Shown here piece by piece: positions 17,782 through 27,708 of a DNA stretch of 64,000 bases. The stretch's first letter is position 1. Every line of letters starts with the position of its first letter. A program made the position numbers and the translations under genes. This DNA comes from a virus. The DNA lies in IMG/VR virus record IMGVR_UViG_3300021138_000002, positions 64,001-128,000 of that record. The stretch is one strand, 5' to 3'. The notes beneath the pieces are model-generated. The model did not search any database and was not told the DNA's origin. It saw only the letters and a list, made by a program, of their open reading frames with translations.

Positions 17782-20700
17782 GTGGCCGTCACAAGAATAA
17801 AAAATAACCAGATCACTGATGCATCAGCTGGCAATACCCAACTTGGTATCAATGCAAATACCAAAGTACAAGATTATAGCGTAACTTCAGTCAAGTTAGC
17901 TAACAATATTACCTATGGTTCAGACCTTACCATTTCGGGTAACCTAAGCGTAACTGGTACAACCACAGCGGTTGATACCACATATACCAACATACAAGAT
18001 CCCCTGATCGTATTAGCAGACGGACAGACTAGTGGTAGCCCGGCCGTGGACATCGGCTATATCGGTCTACGTGGAAACCAAGCCAATATTGCTCTTATCT
18101 GGAATGAGGCCAACAGCACTTTTGCTGCTACCTATACCAACAGCGGTGTGAACGATAACACCGTTGTTGCGATCAACAGCTATGCCGACTTCAAGGCCAA
18201 CAATGTAAACACTGTGACTGATGTTTCAGCAGGCGGTAACGTATCGGGTGGCAATGTCTCTGCCACAACTGATGTATCAGCTGGTGGCAATGTAGCAGGT
18301 GGCAATGTGACTGCTACTACCAATGTGAGTGCTGGCGGAAACGTTTTGGCCAATACTGATGTTTCGGCTGGCGGTAACGTAGTTGGTGGCAATGTAAATG
18401 TAACTACCAACGTAAGTGCTGGTGGCAACATCTACGGTGCAAATTTTGCAACAACAGGATCGGGTGGCAATATCACTGGTGCCAATGTTATTTCTGCAAC
18501 TACAGTGACCACTACTGGTGATGTCAGTGCAGGTGGCAATGTTGTAACTGGTGCCAATGTCAGCGTAGGCGGAAACGTTTCAGTTGCTGGCAATATTACT
18601 GCGGTAGGCAACATTGGTGCTGGTCAGTACCTGTTTGGTGATGGTTATTATATCAGCAACATCAACTCAGGCAATATTGCAGCCAGTAAAATTGTAAACG
18701 GCGGTAGCTTTGCTAATATAGCCACAACTGACGGCAACTTGGTAGTTGCCATTGGTAACGCTTCGAGCACAGTGGCCACATTCTATGACACTGGTATCAA
18801 CACCAACGGCAATCTCAGTGCCAGTGGTAATATACTAGCCGGGGCTGACATAAGTGCTGGTGGTAACGTAACTGCAACTACCAATATCTCAGCCGGTAGC
18901 AATGTTTTGGCCAATACCGATGTTTCAGCAGGCGGTAATGTGTTAGGTGGCAACGTAACTGCCACTACCAATGTTTCAGCTGGTAGCAATGTTCTTGCTA
19001 ACACAGACGTTTCGGCTGGTGGTAACGTAATTGGTGGCAATGTAACTGCAACTACTAATGTTTCAGCTGGTAGCAACGTTTTAGCAAATACTGATGTAAG
19101 TGCTGGCGGTAATGTAATTGGTGGTAACGTAACTGCAACTACCAATGTTTCAGCTGGTAGCAATGTTCTTGCCAACACAGATGTAAGTGCTGGCGGTAAT
19201 GTAATTGGTGGTAACGTAATCGCAACTACCACCGTGAGTGCTGGCACCAATGTAATTTCTGGACAAGATATCAGTGCAGGCGGCAATGTATTGGCCTACA
19301 ACAGTGTTTCTGCTAACGGAAATATAGCAGGTGACAATGTAATTGCTGGCACTACCATTTCATCAGGCGGAAATGTATTGGTTTATGGTTTGGTGACAGC
19401 TGGTGGCAACATACAGTCCAATCAAAATGTACAGGCTTTCCAGGATGTCAGTGCCGGTGGTAACATAATTGCAAATTACAACGTAACTGCTACAGGCAAC
19501 GTAACTGGTGGTAACGTAAATGCGGTTGGTATAGGTGCAGTAGTAAGTGCAGACGGCAACGTGGTTGGTGGCAACATAGTCACTCAAGGCACTATCACAG
19601 CCACAGGTACATTGGAAGCTGGCAACATAGTCACCGGCGGATATGTAACTGCCACAGGTAACGTACAAGCCGGCAATATCAACACAGCAGGCGACGTAAG
19701 CGCCACAGCCAATGTCAACAGCGGCAACGTAAACAGTGGCACTATCAGTGCCACAGGTGCGATATATGGTGCCAACATCAACAGCAACTATCTCTACAGT
19801 GCCAACAGCAGTTTGGTTATCAGTGCAGTAGGTACCAATAGCGGTATCAGCATATTCACCAACGGCTCGGGCAACATTGGTGTGGGCAATGCCTATATCA
19901 ACAACTTGGCTGATCCACAGCAGAATCAAGATGCGGCTACCAAGTTCTATGTTGACAGCGTGGCACAAGGTTTAGCAGTAAAAGCTTCTGTGAGTGTGAG
20001 TGAAGTTTCCACATTGGCCAACGTGACCAACGTGACCAACGTGACTTACAACAACGGCACGTCCGGAGTTGGTGCCACATTGACCATAACCAGTACAGCT
20101 CAAATCAGTTTAGACGGAGTTAATCTCAGTACATTGCCGGCCAATGCCAGAGTATTGATACAGAACGAAACCGGATCCGGTGCTGGCGATACCAATGCTG
20201 CCTGGAACGGTATCTATTACATATCAACCAATACTCCAACCAACACTGTGCTCACACGTAGCTTGGATATGAATCAACCGAGCGAATTCTACGGTGCATT
20301 TACCTTTGTTGAAGACGGTACTGTGTACAAGGCCTCGGGTTGGGTATGTACCAATACTGCTGAGGCTAGCCCGATCACGATCGGTACCACAGCAGTTACT
20401 TGGAGCCAGTTCTCGGGTGCAGGTGCTTACACACAAGGCAACGGTATCGCGATTACAGGCACAATCATCAGCACCAGAATCAACACTGGCAATTTAGAGT
20501 ATGATGGTAGCGGAAACCTACAAGTATCCAGCTATGCCAATTTGACTTATCCAAATATTGGATCAGCAACTGGTACCACATTGAGCTTGACCGGTAATTT
20601 GGTTGCCAGTGCGATTGGCTCAACCGACAGCATGAGTGCTGCAGGCAATGTTTATGCAGGCAATATCAGTACAAGTGGCACTGTAGTTGCGGTAGCCAAC

Positions 20701-23061
20701 ATAACTGGTGGCAACTTGTTGACCGGCAACGTGGTCAGTGCAACTGGTAACGTAACAGGTGGCAATTTGATCACTGCAGGTTATGTTTCTGCTACTGGCA
20801 ATTTGTACGGTGGTAACCTCAGCTTGTCAGGCAACGTACTCAGCGATATCAACATGTTGGGCAACATCACTGCAGGTGGATATATCACCGCAGTTGGCAA
20901 CGTGTCAGCTGGCAATGTAAACACTGGCATAGTATCAGCTAGCGGTAACATATATTCAGCCAATATATTTGCCACAGGCGCTATTATTCCTACCACAGAC
21001 AACACATTTACACTGGGTAACTCAACCAACAGTTGGCAAAGCCTGTATGTTAGCGGAAGCACCATTTACTTGGGCAACATCCAACTCAAACAAACCGCGG
21101 CAAATACCCTTAGCGTGGTAGCCAGCGATGGTACTACACCAGCCAGCTTGTCTATCAACAGTATCAGTGCCAGTGGAAATATCACTGCTAATGGAAACAT
21201 GAGTGCCGGCGGCAATGTATGGTCTTCGGCAGACGTCAGCGCCACAGGCAATGTGTACGGCAACAATCTTTCAGCAGTCAGCAATGTAGCAGGTGGCAAT
21301 ATAGTTGCAACTACCGATGTAAGTGCTGGTGGTAATGTTTTAGCCAATACCGACCTAAGTGCTGGCGGCAATGTTGTGGGTGGCAATGTAAACGTAACTA
21401 CCAACGTAAGTGCTGGTGGTAACGTCTATGGTGCCAATTTTGCAACAACGGGCCCAAGTGGCAACATTACTGGTGCCAATGTTATTTCTGCAACCACATT
21501 CACTGCCAGCGGCAATGTCACTGCCAACAATGTAACAGTTGGAAACATAGTGAGTGCAGTTGGCAATATTGTTACTAGCAACTACTTTGTGGGCGATGGT
21601 TACTACATCAGCAACATCAACGCCGGCAACGTGGCCACAACCAAAATCTTTAACGGCAACAGCTATGCCAACGTAACTGCCAGCAACGGCAACGTCACAA
21701 TTGGTGTAAACAGCAATTTGGTAGCCACATTCTATGACACTGGTATCAGTTCAACTGGCAATGTAAACGTTGACGGATTAACTATTGCAGTAGGTCAGAG
21801 TTTGATTGGTACCACAGCCAATGCCAATATTACCATAACACCAAACGGATCGGGCGTACTTGCAGTACAAAGTTCCAGCAACGTTGGTATAGTTGTAAGT
21901 ACAACTAGTGCTAATTTAAAAAATCAAATTAGAGTGCAGACTGTTGGAACCACCCTGGGCGGAAGCGGCGGCGGAGCATTTGTTGGAACTTATGTACTAG
22001 GTAACGGCACACCAACACAAAGTCAAAATCGTTTGGTAACCATTGTTGGTGAAGGATCTGAAGACGGCACAACTGCCGGCCCAAGTGCTGCAACCAAGAT
22101 CACGTTGGATGCTGCAGCCGATTGGTCAACAGGAAACACACCGGCTCACATCAGTTTTTGGACCACACCAAGTGGAAGCAACGTCAGTGTTGAATCAGTA
22201 CGAGCCGAATCCAACGGCGATTTGAGTATTTTTAATGGTAACTTGAATGCAGCCAACGGTAACGTTTACACAACCAGTGTCAGCGCCAGCGGTTCGATTG
22301 TGGCAGACGCCAATATCACCGGTGGTAATATATACACTGGCGGCGAAATCAGTTCAACTGGTAACGTCACATCTGGCACATTCTTCTATGTTGATCCTGT
22401 AGACAGCACTGTGTTGATCGGCAACAGCTCGATCGTGGCCTGTTCTGTATTGAGTTTGAACACCACAACCAGCTTTGTAGTTCCAGTTGGTAACACAGCA
22501 CAACGTCCAAGTTCAACTTACACTGGTATGGTTCGTTTCAATACCAGCCAAAACAACTTGGAAGTGTACGACAACGCACAATGGAGCCCAGTTGGTTCAA
22601 CCACATACACTGTGATTGCTGACGAACAGTTCAACGGCGACGGTGCTACTGTGGCCTTTACATTGGGTAGCACACAAACTACCAACAGTTGTATTGTAAG
22701 CATCAACGGTGTGGTACAGATCCCAACATTGGCTTATGCTGTGTCAGGAACTTACCCAACTTGTGTGTTGACATTCACAGAAGCTCCAGAACTTGGTGAC
22801 GTAATTGATGTAAGAGAAATCACAACCACAGTGACCTTGACCGAATTGGCCAGCCAAAGCGGTAATGCAACTGTAACTGTAAGCAACACCAGCGCCGAAG
22901 TTGACATCAAGGGTAACTTGGTAACCACAGTTAATAGCTCAGCTCCAACCCTGTCGACCAACCAGACCTTGAGCTTCCAGCTAGTATCAAATACCAGCTT
23001 GAAGATCTTGGTACGCGGCAGCGACGGTGTAACAAGAAGCGCCACATTGACCCTGAGCTAA
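17782..23061 (+). CDS. very large repeat-rich tail/collar fibre protein
   Basis: 1759 aa; VSAGGNV repeats; INNLADP...DAATKFYVD; COG5301-like RVLIQNE...NGIY...FVEDG; C-terminal KILVRGSDGVTRS. Confidence 0.75.
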   Translation: MAVTRIKNNQITDASAGNTQLGINANTKVQDYSVTSVKLANNITYGSDLTISGNLSVTGTTTAVDTTYTNIQDPLIVLADGQTSGSPAVDIGYIGLRGNQANIALIWNEANSTFAATYTNSGVNDNTVVAINSYADFKANNVNTVTDVSAGGNVSGGNVSATTDVSAGGNVAGGNVTATTNVSAGGNVLANTDVSAGGNVVGGNVNVTTNVSAGGNIYGANFATTGSGGNITGANVISATTVTTTGDVSAGGNVVTGANVSVGGNVSVAGNITAVGNIGAGQYLFGDGYYISNINSGNIAASKIVNGGSFANIATTDGNLVVAIGNASSTVATFYDTGINTNGNLSASGNILAGADISAGGNVTATTNISAGSNVLANTDVSAGGNVLGGNVTATTNVSAGSNVLANTDVSAGGNVIGGNVTATTNVSAGSNVLANTDVSAGGNVIGGNVTATTNVSAGSNVLANTDVSAGGNVIGGNVIATTTVSAGTNVISGQDISAGGNVLAYNSVSANGNIAGDNVIAGTTISSGGNVLVYGLVTAGGNIQSNQNVQAFQDVSAGGNIIANYNVTATGNVTGGNVNAVGIGAVVSADGNVVGGNIVTQGTITATGTLEAGNIVTGGYVTATGNVQAGNINTAGDVSATANVNSGNVNSGTISATGAIYGANINSNYLYSANSSLVISAVGTNSGISIFTNGSGNIGVGNAYINNLADPQQNQDAATKFYVDSVAQGLAVKASVSVSEVSTLANVTNVTNVTYNNGTSGVGATLTITSTAQISLDGVNLSTLPANARVLIQNETGSGAGDTNAAWNGIYYISTNTPTNTVLTRSLDMNQPSEFYGAFTFVEDGTVYKASGWVCTNTAEASPITIGTTAVTWSQFSGAGAYTQGNGIAITGTIISTRINTGNLEYDGSGNLQVSSYANLTYPNIGSATGTTLSLTGNLVASAIGSTDSMSAAGNVYAGNISTSGTVVAVANITGGNLLTGNVVSATGNVTGGNLITAGYVSATGNLYGGNLSLSGNVLSDINMLGNITAGGYITAVGNVSAGNVNTGIVSASGNIYSANIFATGAIIPTTDNTFTLGNSTNSWQSLYVSGSTIYLGNIQLKQTAANTLSVVASDGTTPASLSINSISASGNITANGNMSAGGNVWSSADVSATGNVYGNNLSAVSNVAGGNIVATTDVSAGGNVLANTDLSAGGNVVGGNVNVTTNVSAGGNVYGANFATTGPSGNITGANVISATTFTASGNVTANNVTVGNIVSAVGNIVTSNYFVGDGYYISNINAGNVATTKIFNGNSYANVTASNGNVTIGVNSNLVATFYDTGISSTGNVNVDGLTIAVGQSLIGTTANANITITPNGSGVLAVQSSSNVGIVVSTTSANLKNQIRVQTVGTTLGGSGGGAFVGTYVLGNGTPTQSQNRLVTIVGEGSEDGTTAGPSAATKITLDAAADWSTGNTPAHISFWTTPSGSNVSVESVRAESNGDLSIFNGNLNAANGNVYTTSVSASGSIVADANITGGNIYTGGEISSTGNVTSGTFFYVDPVDSTVLIGNSSIVACSVLSLNTTTSFVVPVGNTAQRPSSTYTGMVRFNTSQNNLEVYDNAQWSPVGSTTYTVIADEQFNGDGATVAFTLGSTQTTNSCIVSINGVVQIPTLAYAVSGTYPTCVLTFTEAPELGDVIDVREITTTVTLTELASQSGNATVTVSNTSAEVDIKGNLVTTVNSSAPTLSTNQTLSFQLVSNTSLKILVRGSDGVTRSATLTLS
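18865..19212 (+). repeat. 87-nt (29-aa) tandem coding repeat, about 4 copies
   Basis: NVTATTNVSAGSNVLANTDVSAGGNVIGG units start at 18865, 18952, 19039 and 19126. Confidence 0.85.
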
Positions 23062-23077
23062 AAACTATAGGGTTTAG

Positions 23078-23110
23078 AAAAAATAGGACTCTCCGGAGTT
23101 CTATTTTTTT
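23078..23110 (+). terminator. terminator hairpin, possibly bidirectional
   Basis: AAAAAATAGGACTC-TCCG-GAGTTCTATTTTTT. Confidence 0.75.
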
Positions 23111-23140
23111 GGCTAAATATACAATAGGATAGGTAAAAAA

Positions 23141-23872
23141 ATGGCTCTAACTAAACCCCGTGCGTATCAGATATACGACATAGATTACAAACAAGCGACC
23201 CGAGTAGTAACAGTTACCAACGTTTCTTTAACTGGCGGAGCCCCAAACAATGTGGACGGAGTAACGCTCAGCCTCAACGATCGAGTGCTAGTCACCGGCC
23301 AGGCTGACCAGACACAAAACGGTATCTACATCATAACCACTGTGGGATCGGGTGCCAACGGAACTTGGGCTCGTAGCAACGATACCAACGAAACAGGAGA
23401 ACTATTAGCCGGCACCATTGTCATGGTCACCGAAGGTGTAATCTACGCAGATACTCAGTGGAAACTGATCACAGACAATCCGATCATGATCGGAACCACG
23501 CCCTTAGTATTCACACAAAATTATTTGGCCAACGTATTACACGCTGGCAACAGCAATGTCACAGTTTACAGCAACGCCAATGTGACCATAACAGCTGCCG
23601 GTGCAGCCAATGTGCTCACCGTAGCCTCGGATGGTGTGTACGTGATTGGCAATGTGTCGGCTTCTGGCAATGTCACAGCCGGTCGTGTGTCAGCTACCGG
23701 CAATGTGACCGGTAACAATGTGGTTGCTGTGGCAGGATTTTTGGGCAATAATATCAGTGTGTCTGGCAACGTGACCCTGGGCAACCGACTGGATTGGACA
23801 TCAAACGGTACCAGTGCGGTATACCAAGTGTACAATGCCAGCACCGGAAGCCTGGATACCATATTTGGGTAA
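23141..23872 (+). CDS. COG5301-like tail fibre segment
   Basis: DYKQATRV...DGVTL..NDRVLV..Q.....NGIY...W.RS.D...VTEG; ends YNASTGSLDTIFG. Confidence 0.7.
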   Translation: MALTKPRAYQIYDIDYKQATRVVTVTNVSLTGGAPNNVDGVTLSLNDRVLVTGQADQTQNGIYIITTVGSGANGTWARSNDTNETGELLAGTIVMVTEGVIYADTQWKLITDNPIMIGTTPLVFTQNYLANVLHAGNSNVTVYSNANVTITAAGAANVLTVASDGVYVIGNVSASGNVTAGRVSATGNVTGNNVVAVAGFLGNNISVSGNVTLGNRLDWTSNGTSAVYQVYNASTGSLDTIFG

Positions 23873-23875
23873 TGT

Positions 23876-24745
23876 ATGTCTACATTAGCGACCCGACTCA
23901 CCAGTGATGGCATACTGCTAACCAATGCCTACTTTGACGAAATCACCAAGACCTGGGTCAGTATAGCACCTGATGCTGTGTATGCCGGCCAGTTTGACGA
24001 AGTTTTTCTAGCCACCGGCAGTTTGTTGTTCTCGGGATCCACCGATTTTCTCTACGGAACCAACTCGGTATTTGACATCAGTGCACCTGGCACAGCCTGG
24101 ACATTTGAAACTTGGATTTATCCTGCAACAGCCGGTGCTGTGTTCAGCATCGGCGACGGTACCCAGTACGGGCAGAGTTTTGCATTAGATTGGGGCGTTA
24201 CTGCCACTGACAAATTTACGCTAAAGCAAGGTGATGGATCCAGTTATCCCATTTCGATTACCACTGCTGGCACCTATGCCAGCGGATCTTGGTATCACGT
24301 GGCTGTGAGTTACACTGCCAGCGGCCTGAGAGCCATCTATGTCAACGGTGTGGATGATGCCAGTTACATGGCATCGGTCACGTTGAGTTCGGCCACCCAG
24401 TGGGTGGTCAACGGCTACTACGACAACAACGGTCTGGGCAATGCTGGCGGATCCGGGCACCTGAGCAATCTGAGATTTGTGTTGGGCACAGCCCTGTACA
24501 CAGCCAATTTTACGCCGCCTTACGCACCCCTAGTGCCGGTCACCAACACACAACTGCTGTTGTGCATGCCCGACAATGGTGGTGTCTTGATTGATACCAG
24601 TGCCAACGCTTTCAAAATTCAGAGCCAAGGAACACCGGTAGCAACTGTTTTAAAACCATTCGTGGTAAATACTGTACAACGAGAATTAAACACAGGAACC
24701 TTACAGGTTTCTGGATATTTTGATGAAGAAACTGGCATCATTTAA
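23876..24745 (+). CDS. LamG/concanavalin A-like lectin domain inserted in a small FDE-repeat protein
   Basis: WTFETWIYP, WYHVAVS, IYVNG and SNLRFV.GTALYTANFTPP; termini match ORF 27059..27301. Confidence 0.75.
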   Translation: MSTLATRLTSDGILLTNAYFDEITKTWVSIAPDAVYAGQFDEVFLATGSLLFSGSTDFLYGTNSVFDISAPGTAWTFETWIYPATAGAVFSIGDGTQYGQSFALDWGVTATDKFTLKQGDGSSYPISITTAGTYASGSWYHVAVSYTASGLRAIYVNGVDDASYMASVTLSSATQWVVNGYYDNNGLGNAGGSGHLSNLRFVLGTALYTANFTPPYAPLVPVTNTQLLLCMPDNGGVLIDTSANAFKIQSQGTPVATVLKPFVVNTVQRELNTGTLQVSGYFDEETGII

Positions 24746-24763
24746 CAATTAGGACAATAAAAA

Positions 24764-27046
24764 ATGGCTAAACTGCTATCAGGAACCACGGTATACGGAA
24801 ATGCCGTAATCCAAACATATATAACCGTTACCGGTAACGTGATCGGTGGCAACGTACTAGTAACCGGATCCGGACAGATCAGCACAGCTGGAAATGTCTA
24901 TGCCAACAACACAATCATAGCTGGATCAGAAACTGTGACTGGAAATATCACTGGTGGTAACATATTGACAGGTGGACAAATAAGTGCCACTGGCAATATC
25001 ACCATACCGCAAGGCAACTTCTTTATCGGTAATGGTAGCCAACTTACCGGTGTTGTTGCTACTTCGGCCAATGCCCAAACATTGACTGGCACATACCTTG
25101 CCAACAATGTTGTAACTTCCAATTTGACCAGTTTTGGTCTTGTAACTTCTATCAGCTCAACCGGCAACGTCACTACCACAGGTAATGTAATTGGTGGCAA
25201 CGTATTAACAGGTGGTTTGATTTCGGCGGCTGGTACGATCACCAGTGCAGCCAACATCACTGGCGGTAATGTATTAACTGCTGGCTTGATCAGCTCGACC
25301 GGCACAATCACTTCGGCAGCAAACGTGATCGGCGGCAATTTGGTCACTGCTGGATCAGTCACAGCCACAGCCAACATCACCGGCGGTAATGTATTAACAG
25401 CCGGTTTGGTAAGTGCTACAGGCAATGTCACAGGCGGCAACATAACCACCGCTGGTTTAATCACTGCAACCGGTGCAATCACCAGTTCTGCCAACATCAC
25501 AGGTGGTAATGTACTAACTGGTGGTTTGATCAGTGCCACAGGTAATGTGATCAGCGGCAACATAAACACCGGCAGTATCAGCCAAACCGGAAACTTATAT
25601 GTGGGCGGATCGGCCAACATTATCGGTAACTTGAACGTACAGGGCAATGTAACATTCGTCAACAGCAACGTAATCACTGTAAACGATTTATACATCGAAC
25701 TGGCCAACAACATCACTACCTATGCCAACGCTAACAGTGCTGGTTTGGTAGTTGGACCTGCCGGCAACAGCTTGTTCAATTGGCAGTATCTCAATTCAGC
25801 CAATGCCTGGTCAACCAACATCGGTATCAGTGCCCAGGGCAACATAAACGGTGGTAATGTAATCACAGGTGGTTTGGTAAACGCCACAGGCAATTTAACA
25901 GGTGGAAATGTAAACACAGCCGGTCTAATCAGTGCCGCAGGCAATATCTACGGTGGCAATTTGAGCATCACCGGAAGCATTACATTTGCTACAGTGACTG
26001 GAACTACAATCAGTGTCACTGGTAATGTGATTGGTGGTAATCTATTGACAGGTGGTGGCGTAAGTGCTGCCGGACAGATCAGTGCCACAGCCAACATCAC
26101 TGGTGGCAATTTGCTCACAGCTGGTCTAATCAGCTCAACTGGCTCTATCACCAGTGCTGCGAACGTGACCGGTGGTAATGTATTGACTGCTGGATTGGTA
26201 AGTGCCACGGGTAACATAACTGGCGGTAACATATTAAGTGCTGGCTTGGCCAGTTTGACCGGCAACATCACAGGCGGTAACATATTAACTGCTGGTTTGA
26301 TCAGCTCAACTGGCACAATCACCAGTGCTGCTAATATCACAGGTGGTAACGTATTAACTGCTGGTTTGATCAGCTCAACTGGTAATTTGACCAGCGGCAA
26401 CATTACAACCAGCGGCTCAGTGACAGCCACAGCCAATATTACCGGCGGCAACATATTAACTGCCGGCTTGATCAGCTCAACTGGTACTATCACTAGTTCT
26501 GCCAACATTGCAGGTGGTAATGTACTCACAGCTGGATTGATATCAGCAACCGGTAACGTAACAGGTAATTACATATTGGGTAACGGTAGTCAATTGACCG
26601 GTATTGATGTTGGACCACAACCCAACATTGTGAACGGAACTACCAACGTAAGTATTGCCACAGCCAATGCCAATGTGACAGTGAGTGTCGGCGGTGTTGG
26701 CAACGTAGCAGTATTTTCGACAGCCGGACTCAGTGTATCAGGCACAGTACAAGCCAACGGAACTGTCACAGGCGGTAATTTGGCCACAGCCGGCACCGCC
26801 AGTGCAACCGGCAACATCACCGGCGGTAACATACTGACAGCTGGATTGGTCAGCGCCACAGGCACCATTACTAGTGCTGCCAATATCACTGGTGGTAACT
26901 TGTTAACAGGTGGACAAATAAGTGCTACTGGTAATATTGCCACAAGCGCCTATTTAAACTTGGCCAACAGTGCTAATGCTGCCGGCCCAGGTGGACACAT
27001 AACTTATAACTCAAGTCTGATCAGCATAGACTTTACCTTTGGATAA
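24764..27046 (+). CDS. repeat-rich fibre segment
   Basis: Many NITGGNxLTAGLISxTG repeats; starts MAKLLSGTTVYG and ends YNSSLISIDFTFG. Confidence 0.7.
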   Translation: MAKLLSGTTVYGNAVIQTYITVTGNVIGGNVLVTGSGQISTAGNVYANNTIIAGSETVTGNITGGNILTGGQISATGNITIPQGNFFIGNGSQLTGVVATSANAQTLTGTYLANNVVTSNLTSFGLVTSISSTGNVTTTGNVIGGNVLTGGLISAAGTITSAANITGGNVLTAGLISSTGTITSAANVIGGNLVTAGSVTATANITGGNVLTAGLVSATGNVTGGNITTAGLITATGAITSSANITGGNVLTGGLISATGNVISGNINTGSISQTGNLYVGGSANIIGNLNVQGNVTFVNSNVITVNDLYIELANNITTYANANSAGLVVGPAGNSLFNWQYLNSANAWSTNIGISAQGNINGGNVITGGLVNATGNLTGGNVNTAGLISAAGNIYGGNLSITGSITFATVTGTTISVTGNVIGGNLLTGGGVSAAGQISATANITGGNLLTAGLISSTGSITSAANVTGGNVLTAGLVSATGNITGGNILSAGLASLTGNITGGNILTAGLISSTGTITSAANITGGNVLTAGLISSTGNLTSGNITTSGSVTATANITGGNILTAGLISSTGTITSSANIAGGNVLTAGLISATGNVTGNYILGNGSQLTGIDVGPQPNIVNGTTNVSIATANANVTVSVGGVGNVAVFSTAGLSVSGTVQANGTVTGGNLATAGTASATGNITGGNILTAGLVSATGTITSAANITGGNLLTGGQISATGNIATSAYLNLANSANAAGPGGHITYNSSLISIDFTFG

Positions 27047-27058
27047 TAGGGGAACACC

Positions 27059-27301
27059 ATGACATTTTTAGCCGCTAGACTGTTGAGCACCGGCAACCTG
27101 ATGATAGCCAACACTATCCAGTTTGACGAAGTCACGTACAGCAATGTACACATTGCTCAGAATGGATGCTATGCGGGATTGCTGGATGAAGTCACCCAAC
27201 CAGCCAATGTGCCCATGCGTATACTGAACAACCAAACCATACAAACTGGTAATGTAGCAGGAGCCAACGGAATATTTGACGAGTATACCGGCATAAGTTA
27301 A
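27059..27301 (+). CDS. small FDE-repeat protein, putative fibre adaptor
   Basis: Three FDE/LDE motifs; paralogous to the N- and C-terminal parts of 23876..24745. Confidence 0.6.
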   Translation: MTFLAARLLSTGNLMIANTIQFDEVTYSNVHIAQNGCYAGLLDEVTQPANVPMRILNNQTIQTGNVAGANGIFDEYTGIS

Positions 27302-27309
27302 AGGATACT

Positions 27310-27687
27310 ATGGCCAAATTACAAAGCGGAACCACGGTATACGGAAATGCCAATGTCACTACATACCTAACAGTTGGAAGCTATGTATCGGCTGCGGGCA
27401 ACGTGTATGCCGGCAACATTGTCAGCACCGGTTCAGAATCAGTCGCAGGAAACATTATCGGTGGTAACATACTCACTGCCGGACAGATCAGTGCCACCGG
27501 TAACATCACAGCTGATCCTAGCAGTTTTTTCATTGGTAATGGTAGTTTACTGACTGGTGTACAAACCAGTAACGGTGGTAATCTATTGGTATTACAAAGA
27601 ACAGGCATCCTAAAGGTGCCAATTAGCTATGGTTATCTGCTGGTGGTGGGTCGATCTGGAAATGTACAATGTCCAATTGTTGCATAA
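27310..27687 (+). CDS. short fibre segment
   Basis: MAKLQSGTTVYG start paralogous to 24764; FFIGNGS.LTGV; C-terminal L.V..R.G repeats. Confidence 0.65.
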   Translation: MAKLQSGTTVYGNANVTTYLTVGSYVSAAGNVYAGNIVSTGSESVAGNIIGGNILTAGQISATGNITADPSSFFIGNGSLLTGVQTSNGGNLLVLQRTGILKVPISYGYLLVVGRSGNVQCPIVA

Positions 27688-27708
27688 ATATGATAATAGG
27701 ATAATAAC